20,000 bases of DNA. Source: an uncultured virus (IMG/VR IMGVR_UViG_3300013005_000033) (Duplodnaviria > Heunggongvirae > Uroviricota > Caudoviricetes). The DNA lies in the IMG/VR virus record IMGVR_UViG_3300013005_000033, positions 58,117-78,116 of that record; one strand, given 5' to 3'. A model generated the notes under the pieces. It ran no database searches. It was not told where the DNA came from and saw only the letters and a list, made by a program, of their open reading frames with translations. Every line of letters begins with the position of its first letter. Within the stretch, counting starts at the first letter, position 1. A program made the position numbers and the translations under genes. Shown piece by piece: positions 15,033 through 20,000 of the stretch.

Positions 15033-15419
15033 ATGAATTCCGATAAATTCTGGGCACGGGAGGCCCTCAACAAACTCACCGAAGTCCTCACTGGAGCCAT
15101 CGGCCCGCCCTTCCCGGTTCAACAGAACCAGCCCTTGCCCCATCCTCCATTTTTGGAGAAGTGGAGGGAATTCTGTATAAAACACAAAATCAAGCCGGGA
15201 GCCCCCGACTTCTATGTCAAGGGCGCTCACTACACCGACAAGTCCGTTGCGGACTTCTATGATTTTGAAGAAGTGCCAATGTACTACGATCATAAAAACA
15301 CGGTCGTTGTCCTCAACCCCTTCTTCGGCCAAAAGTCAGAGGAAGACTTTCTCAGATACAAATGGCTTGAAATAGACGCGGAACTGGCGGTGAGGTTCCT
15401 TGTGCTAGGTCTCCCATGA
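15033..15419 (+). CDS. LGxP-family member 22
   Basis: WREFCIKHK, VLNPF, IDAELAVRFLVLGLP*. Confidence 0.85.
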   Translation: MNSDKFWAREALNKLTEVLTGAIGPPFPVQQNQPLPHPPFLEKWREFCIKHKIKPGAPDFYVKGAHYTDKSVADFYDFEEVPMYYDHKNTVVVLNPFFGQKSEEDFLRYKWLEIDAELAVRFLVLGLP

Positions 15420-15811
15420 GCGAAAATAAAAGCATATCCAAGAGGGCTTTTGAACTCTTGTACGACGAGTTCAGCAAGATCACTCACATGTCTCACTGGT
15501 CTTATGGCGATCATCGTCGCCCCACGGGCACGAACCGAATGCTATACAGATGGGACAGATACCTCAAGAAACTCGGTGGGGTTCGAAGGGAGACGCTGAA
15601 GGATTTCCTGATCGACTTCAAGCCGAAACTGAGGGATGACCAGTTCGTAGCCGTAGATCCGGCCACGAAGTTCTACAACAGGGGCGGATCTGACGGCAGG
15701 GTCAGGATGCTCGTCATCGACAAGGACTTCGCGCTCAAGATGCTTACGATTGGCCCCCCAGACATCAGGGAAATGAAGTACAGGGTTCCACGGGACTGGG
15801 AGGCGGAATGA
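15416..15811 (+). CDS. LGxP-family member 23
   Basis: AFELLYDEF, WDRYLKKLGG, VDP, IDKDFALKMLTIGPP. Confidence 0.85.
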   Translation: MSENKSISKRAFELLYDEFSKITHMSHWSYGDHRRPTGTNRMLYRWDRYLKKLGGVRRETLKDFLIDFKPKLRDDQFVAVDPATKFYNRGGSDGRVRMLVIDKDFALKMLTIGPPDIREMKYRVPRDWEAE

Positions 15812-16203
15812 GTTCCACGAACTGGTCCAAGAAGAAATTAAAAAAGGCTCCCCTTCCTTGGATTCGTGCTCCATGGGAACTCAAAGATCCGACCCATCGG
15901 AAGATCATGCTCGTAATTAATCAATCCTTTGAAAGAATGTTCGGTCACAAGTTCACGCTCAGTTGCTCCGAGAGGAGATTGTGGGGAGAGTTCTTGAACG
16001 AGAGAGCCATACATTGGAAGATAAAACTCCCCCGACAGCCCGCGGATTGCGACTCCTGGAATGGTTGGAATTTTGTGGTGTGCCCAAAGGACTCGGTTCT
16101 TTTGGCCCAACCAAAGAACCTAGAGGGCTATGTGGAGGTCGGCAAATTCTTTATTCCTGAGGATCTAGCCACAAGAATGCTGGTTCTGGGGGAGCTGCTA
16201 TAA
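15808..16203 (+). CDS. LGxP-family member 24
   Basis: WGEFLNER, IPEDLATRMLVLGELL. Confidence 0.85.
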   Translation: MSSTNWSKKKLKKAPLPWIRAPWELKDPTHRKIMLVINQSFERMFGHKFTLSCSERRLWGEFLNERAIHWKIKLPRQPADCDSWNGWNFVVCPKDSVLLAQPKNLEGYVEVGKFFIPEDLATRMLVLGELL

Positions 16204-16204
16204 A

Positions 16205-16519
16205 ATGTATTCAAGCAACGGAACAAGTCTCATCACCGAGATCGAGGCCAAACTAGGAGATCTGATGAGGGATGGTTTTCCCCACGACGGAACATATTCA
16301 GAATATCACAAGGCCAAAGATAAATTTCTCGCATGTATAGAGGCCAACGGAATAAGGCTTATGTCCTTCTGGGATTATACGGAAACGAAGAAGAAAAAAA
16401 CGACCGGGATCAACCTTGCCCCAAGCCCGTTCTCAACTCCAGGCAGGGAAGACCATTATGTCGTATTCGACGACGAACTAGCGACGAGGGTGTTGGCGTT
16501 GGGCTTTCTTCCTAGATAA
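16205..16519 (+). CDS. LGxP-family member 25
   Basis: FLACIEANG, FDDELATRVLALGFLP. Confidence 0.8.
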   Translation: MYSSNGTSLITEIEAKLGDLMRDGFPHDGTYSEYHKAKDKFLACIEANGIRLMSFWDYTETKKKKTTGINLAPSPFSTPGREDHYVVFDDELATRVLALGFLPR

Positions 16520-17185
16520 TCATTCGTCTATTGCTTGGCGTCTGACCTCTTGCCCCAACTTGTTGATCCTCTGCTCGGTGTATACCTCAAACTTCCAGCC
16601 CCGCACCTTGCACGCCTCCTCTGCCGCACGCCACTTGTTCTTGTTCATCTCAAGGTCGGTCTGGTTGGACGGCTTGATCTCCCAAAGCTGCTTGGTGCCG
16701 TCCATGAAGTTCACGATGAGGTCGGGCGTGTACCTGTGGGCCTGCCCTTGGTGTATGTAATCTATCTGGAACGGTTCGGAGTAGAACGACTCAACATCGT
16801 CATGCTGATCCAGTATCTTGTAGACCTTCTCCTCCAGGCCGCTCCTGTAGCCCAAGACCCTCCCCGTCTTCGTAGATTCGTACTTGCCCTGCTTGAACTT
16901 GGGCTTCCTCGTCTTCTTTCCCTTCTGCGAGAAGTCGTGCCACAGTATGGCCCGGGCCTGCCCGGCATAGTTTCTGAAGTCAAAGTTGGGATGCTTGACC
17001 TTCATATGAAGTTTGACATCCCTAACAGGTGCCCCGCAGTGCTCCAGGGGGCATCTCACAAACTCCCTGCCCTCCTCGTGGCTTTCCAAGATGTGCGACT
17101 TGAACTCCGCATAATCCTCGAACTGGACCCCGCAACAAAAGCACACGTATTTCTTGCCGGAACCGTCTGCGAAGGGGAGAGTCAT
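16520..17185 (-). CDS. TnsA-like/T4 gp4 (head completion)-like PD-(D/E)xK nuclease with N-terminal C2H2-type zinc fingers
   Basis: YRSGLE, SEPFQIDY, HRYTPDL, EIKPSNQT, NKNKWRAA, WKFEVYTE; N-terminal CFCC...HILESH and CPLEHC...HMKVKH. Confidence 0.85.
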   Translation of the reverse strand: MTLPFADGSGKKYVCFCCGVQFEDYAEFKSHILESHEEGREFVRCPLEHCGAPVRDVKLHMKVKHPNFDFRNYAGQARAILWHDFSQKGKKTRKPKFKQGKYESTKTGRVLGYRSGLEEKVYKILDQHDDVESFYSEPFQIDYIHQGQAHRYTPDLIVNFMDGTKQLWEIKPSNQTDLEMNKNKWRAAEEACKVRGWKFEVYTEQRINKLGQEVRRQAIDE

Positions 17186-17361
17186 CTTTCTCCTTGGTAG
17201 TTCGACCTGATATCTTCAAGGATTTGATCCATGACCTCATCGGCCGAACGGCACTTCTTTTGCGTCACGGATCCTTCCTTGTACCAGACATAGCCGTCAA
17301 AGTTGTCCTCCACGACATATCCTATGCTGCTGGCCCAGCTCTCTATGTTTTTGTACGGCAA
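17182..17361 (-). CDS. Small hypothetical protein (59 aa, TTG start)
   Basis: PYKNIESWASSIGYVVEDNFDGYVWYKEG...GER*; stop overlaps the ATG of the nuclease. Confidence 0.65.
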   Translation of the reverse strand: MPYKNIESWASSIGYVVEDNFDGYVWYKEGSVTQKKCRSADEVMDQILEDIRSNYQGER

Positions 17362-17364
17362 TTT

Positions 17365-17757
17365 TCACTCCTCCCCATAAGTCTTGTCGCCATCCTCGTC
17401 ATCGGACACGACAATCATTTTCTTGCCCTTCTTCTCTAAGTGCTTTTCTGCCTTTTCCTGGGTGACCACTTCTATTTCGTCAATGTCGCCGCTGTGGAAT
17501 ACGGACATGGACTTGTCTCCGTCTGTAGATTTTTCCAAGTCATAGGCGGAGAAGCTGGCCTCCTTTGCCCAATCCTCGTCCTCCTTGGACTCGGGACTTT
17601 TCATGCGGGCGAAGGTTATGCGTCCCGTCTCCGTAGCCCCGTACAAGACACCGTCCTTCTTGAAAAAAAGACAAAGGTCATTCTCTGTGAACAGTCTGGA
17701 GGCGGTGTCCCATTTATCCATCAGTTCTCGAAAATTAGAAAATGCCGGACTGTCCAT
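17365..17757 (-). CDS. Acidic hypothetical protein
   Basis: GAGGA RBS; first gene of the minus-strand run. Confidence 0.8.
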   Translation of the reverse strand: MDSPAFSNFRELMDKWDTASRLFTENDLCLFFKKDGVLYGATETGRITFARMKSPESKEDEDWAKEASFSAYDLEKSTDGDKSMSVFHSGDIDEIEVVTQEKAEKHLEKKGKKMIVVSDDEDGDKTYGEE

Positions 17758-17833
17758 AATTCTTCCTCAATTCAAGATGAACCAACATCACTCATAGAAG
17801 GTTCTTCACCGCCGAGGATATATACACCTAAAC

Positions 17834-18241
17834 ATGAGCAAAAAAACATTTAGATCGTTCCTGGAGGAGGATCAGTCCTACCTTTCCTCGCTTGAGGATA
17901 CGCTCGGAATAGACCCGAGAGACATGGAAATAGAGCCCCAGATAGGCAAATTCTTCTCCTTCAGCCAAGAAGCCTCCAAAAGGCTTGGCCTAACCAGCAA
18001 TGTTGGCCCCTACGAGATTAAAAAATTTAAAAGAAACAGCGAAGGAAAAATAACCCATGCGGTCGTAGTGAAAATAAACGACCCCTTCATTAAGAGTTCA
18101 GAGTACAAGGACGAAGACGGAAATGTCGTCCGAGTGGACAAGGATAAAGAAAACCAGACTTTCCTCGTGGACATAAAGGATCTTGAGGGGTTGCTCAAGC
18201 AAGATCTGGAGCCCTCTCCGGGTCAAGGCGGAATAGCCTAA
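17834..18241 (+). CDS. Hypothetical phage protein (KTFRSFLEE start, typical of large-phage proteins)
   Basis: 135-aa ORF divergent from 17757. Confidence 0.8.
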   Translation: MSKKTFRSFLEEDQSYLSSLEDTLGIDPRDMEIEPQIGKFFSFSQEASKRLGLTSNVGPYEIKKFKRNSEGKITHAVVVKINDPFIKSSEYKDEDGNVVRVDKDKENQTFLVDIKDLEGLLKQDLEPSPGQGGIA

Positions 18242-18825
18242 TTGGAGAATTCCAAGAAAGGCAAAATAAGATCGTCAATCTTGGAATAAAGTTGATCCAG
18301 GCTGCCGTCGTTCACCAGGAAAAAGTCCACCAGCCCGAAGTCCCCAGTTGAGCAATTGACCCGACCCTCAATGCCCTCCTTCAAGAAATATTCAACAAAC
18401 TCTCTTATCTGAGATTCTGAATCGTTCGGGTCATTGTTGATAAAGCCGGGTCTATAAATAAGTATATTTTTCCCACCCCTCTCTCTTACCGCAAGAAGTT
18501 CGTTCTTGTATCTGACATCGCTTATTATCAAAGATTTATGATCTATACGAAGAAGCATCTCGATCCATATTTCGTCTTTTATGCTCCTAAATCCGTCCCC
18601 TATAAACTGAAGGGCTTGTCGGACAGGTATCTTAAATCCCGGAGGAGGTTCCGAGACGGTCTTCCACTTCTCTATAAAATCAAGATCTACGCCAAATGTC
18701 TCGCAAAAAATGCGTTTGACATTTGAGGCAAACGAGCCCCTACCCCAACCCAGCCTTTTGGCCAGATAGTCCGCCGTGACGTCCTTGCCCTGACGGAGCT
18801 GTCCCGCACAAGCCAACAATCTCAT
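18238..18825 (-). CDS. Deoxynucleoside monophosphate kinase (T4 gp1-like)
   Basis: P-loop GQLRQGKD; FASNVK, RQALQFIGD, WIE, IISDVRYKNE, SE motifs. Confidence 0.88.
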   Translation of the reverse strand: MRLLACAGQLRQGKDVTADYLAKRLGWGRGSFASNVKRIFCETFGVDLDFIEKWKTVSEPPPGFKIPVRQALQFIGDGFRSIKDEIWIEMLLRIDHKSLIISDVRYKNELLAVRERGGKNILIYRPGFINNDPNDSESQIREFVEYFLKEGIEGRVNCSTGDFGLVDFFLVNDGSLDQLYSKIDDLILPFLEFSN

Positions 18826-18897
18826 TTTTAAACCTTTTCCTCACTGAGATTATACTCTTTTATTCAACAAGTTCAATACATACATTTGGAAAAAAAT

Positions 18898-19146
18898 ATG
18901 AAAGAGCCCAGATGCGGCAACTGTCTTCTTTTTGACAAAACAAAAGAAACCTGCGGGGTGGCAATCCTTATCGAGGGAAATAGATACCACATGCCAGTAG
19001 ATCCCAAGGACAAGTGCCACATGGACGAATTGGGCATACCGGTCAACCAAGTAAGATGGTGGGTGGAGGATCCTAGCACTGGGGAAAAGACCGATAAAGA
19101 TGGAGTTGTAAAAATTGAATATCCAGAAGACTTTTTTGGGAGCTAA
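18898..19146 (+). CDS. Small Cys-containing hypothetical protein
   Basis: CGNC...C...C; in operon with the next two genes. Confidence 0.75.
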   Translation: MKEPRCGNCLLFDKTKETCGVAILIEGNRYHMPVDPKDKCHMDELGIPVNQVRWWVEDPSTGEKTDKDGVVKIEYPEDFFGS

Positions 19147-19425
19147 ATGGGAGACTGCTGCGGACAACAGTTCAAACGAGGCCGGCCTGGGTTGGCGGCC
19201 GATCCTAGTCAACAGTGCTTTGTGGACTGCTGCGACAAGTCTTGTCCGCCCGAAAACTGCTGCGATAGCATAACCATACACTTCGAGTGCGGACCCAAGG
19301 AGCCTCCAGAATGCACTTGCGACTGCATTTTTAATGGATACAGCTTCGGCGGCGTGACATTCAAGAAACGAATGCTTCCCACACCAACCCCAATTACAAC
19401 CCCTGGAGGGGGGTCGTCGCCATGA
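19147..19425 (+). CDS. Cys-rich hypothetical protein
   Basis: CC pairs, CTCDC, PT-rich tail. Confidence 0.7.
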   Translation: MGDCCGQQFKRGRPGLAADPSQQCFVDCCDKSCPPENCCDSITIHFECGPKEPPECTCDCIFNGYSFGGVTFKKRMLPTPTPITTPGGGSSP

Positions 19426-20000
19426 TTGAAAATGAATGGCTAAAAAATAAAGCCGAATTCTCGGCCCTTAATTGCAACATGACCGTATCTGTCACAATCC
19501 CGGCTGGGTATGCGGCAGATGTTTCAATAGAAGACGACATCAGTCCAGAAATATATGTAAATGTATCTGGGGTGGTCGGAACAGCAAGTTATACAGTTTC
19601 TAATATTGACCCCGATGCACTTCAACTTTGGGTCAATATTAGAAACTTTAGGTGCCTAGGCGGATCTTCGTTTGGCCTATCTTATGACCAGAGATTTTAC
19701 AGAGATGTAGATTGCGGTGGAACAGTTTCTGTAACATATAACTCCGGTCCTGACATAGGCGGAGTACCAAGCATACCTTCTTGCTCAACGCCTACGCCTA
19801 CACCTAGTAGAAGCCCTACACCTACCGCTACAGTCCCGCCCCCTACCCCTAGCAGAAGCCCAACGCCAAGCGTCACGGCAACCAGAACACCCACGCCAAC
19901 GCCGAGCCGAAGCCCAAGCCCAACGCTCAGCGGCACAGTCACGCTCACGCCAACGCCGAGCCGAAGCCCAAGCCCAACGCTCAGCGGCACAGTCACGCCC
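19422..20000 (+). CDS. Pro/Thr/Ser-repeat protein (possible virion surface/fibre-associated), 3' truncated
   Basis: ATGA overlap; MIENEWLKNK... open to the window end; TPTPSRSPT repeats. Confidence 0.8.
   Translation, partial: MIENEWLKNKAEFSALNCNMTVSVTIPAGYAADVSIEDDISPEIYVNVSGVVGTASYTVSNIDPDALQLWVNIRNFRCLGGSSFGLSYDQRFYRDVDCGGTVSVTYNSGPDIGGVPSIPSCSTPTPTPSRSPTPTATVPPPTPSRSPTPSVTATRTPTPTPSRSPSPTLSGTVTLTPTPSRSPSPTLSGTVTP
19892..19999 (+). repeat. 54-nt coding tandem repeat, at least 2 copies (TPTPSRSPSPTLSGTVTx)
   Basis: 19892-19945 and 19946-19999 are nearly identical. Confidence 0.9.

Noticed and set aside
625..16519. Repeated GAACTCGCC-TGAAGGC-like DNA as CRISPR repeats, integron attC sites or DGR TR/VR pairs
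   Set aside because: Repeats are coding, irregularly spaced, vary at synonymous positions and are not palindromic. No adenine-specific mismatch pattern was noticed, and no cas, integrase or reverse transcriptase gene is in the window.
16535..17200. 221-aa plus-strand ORF
   Set aside because: Antisense shadow of the nuclease gene on the minus strand.
18453..18460. TATAAATA (T4 late consensus)
   Set aside because: Lies antisense inside the dNMP kinase gene, over 400 nt from the next + strand start; chance occurrence is plausible.
19697..19996. Minus-strand Gly/Val/Leu-repeat ORF
   Set aside because: Antisense reading of the Pro/Thr repeat gene that starts at 19422.

Overview
This window looks like part of a large (probably jumbo) tailed-phage genome in the standard genetic code. 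Positions 1-125 are the 3' end of an IS200/IS605 (TnpB-type) element, with an omega-RNA-like scaffold, a perfect 19-bp hairpin and a TAGTTCAC terminus. Positions 127-16519 form a dense, co-directional (+) accessory block of about 50 small, mostly translationally coupled ORFs. This block is dominated by a paralogous family I do not recognise: 25 members plus 1 out-of-frame remnant, mostly 80-155 aa. Members share an N-terminal helix, a central W-x2-[YF]-L-x2-[LI]-G motif and a C-terminal [IV]-[PD]-x-E-x-A-x-K-x-L-x-L-G-x(1-2)-P motif. The terminal Pro codon plus stop (CCR-TGA) often supplies the start codon of the next gene. The block also holds two TTTACA-N17-TAnAAT promoters, several module-swapped duplications and a ~140-nt multi-stem candidate ncRNA with a predicted loop-loop pseudoknot (7201-7340). 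From 16520 the region is more core-like: a C2H2-finger + TnsA/T4 gp4-like nuclease, a dNMP kinase, Cys-rich proteins and a Pro/Thr/Ser-repeat protein running off the window. All calls come from reading the sequence by eye; no database searches were run.
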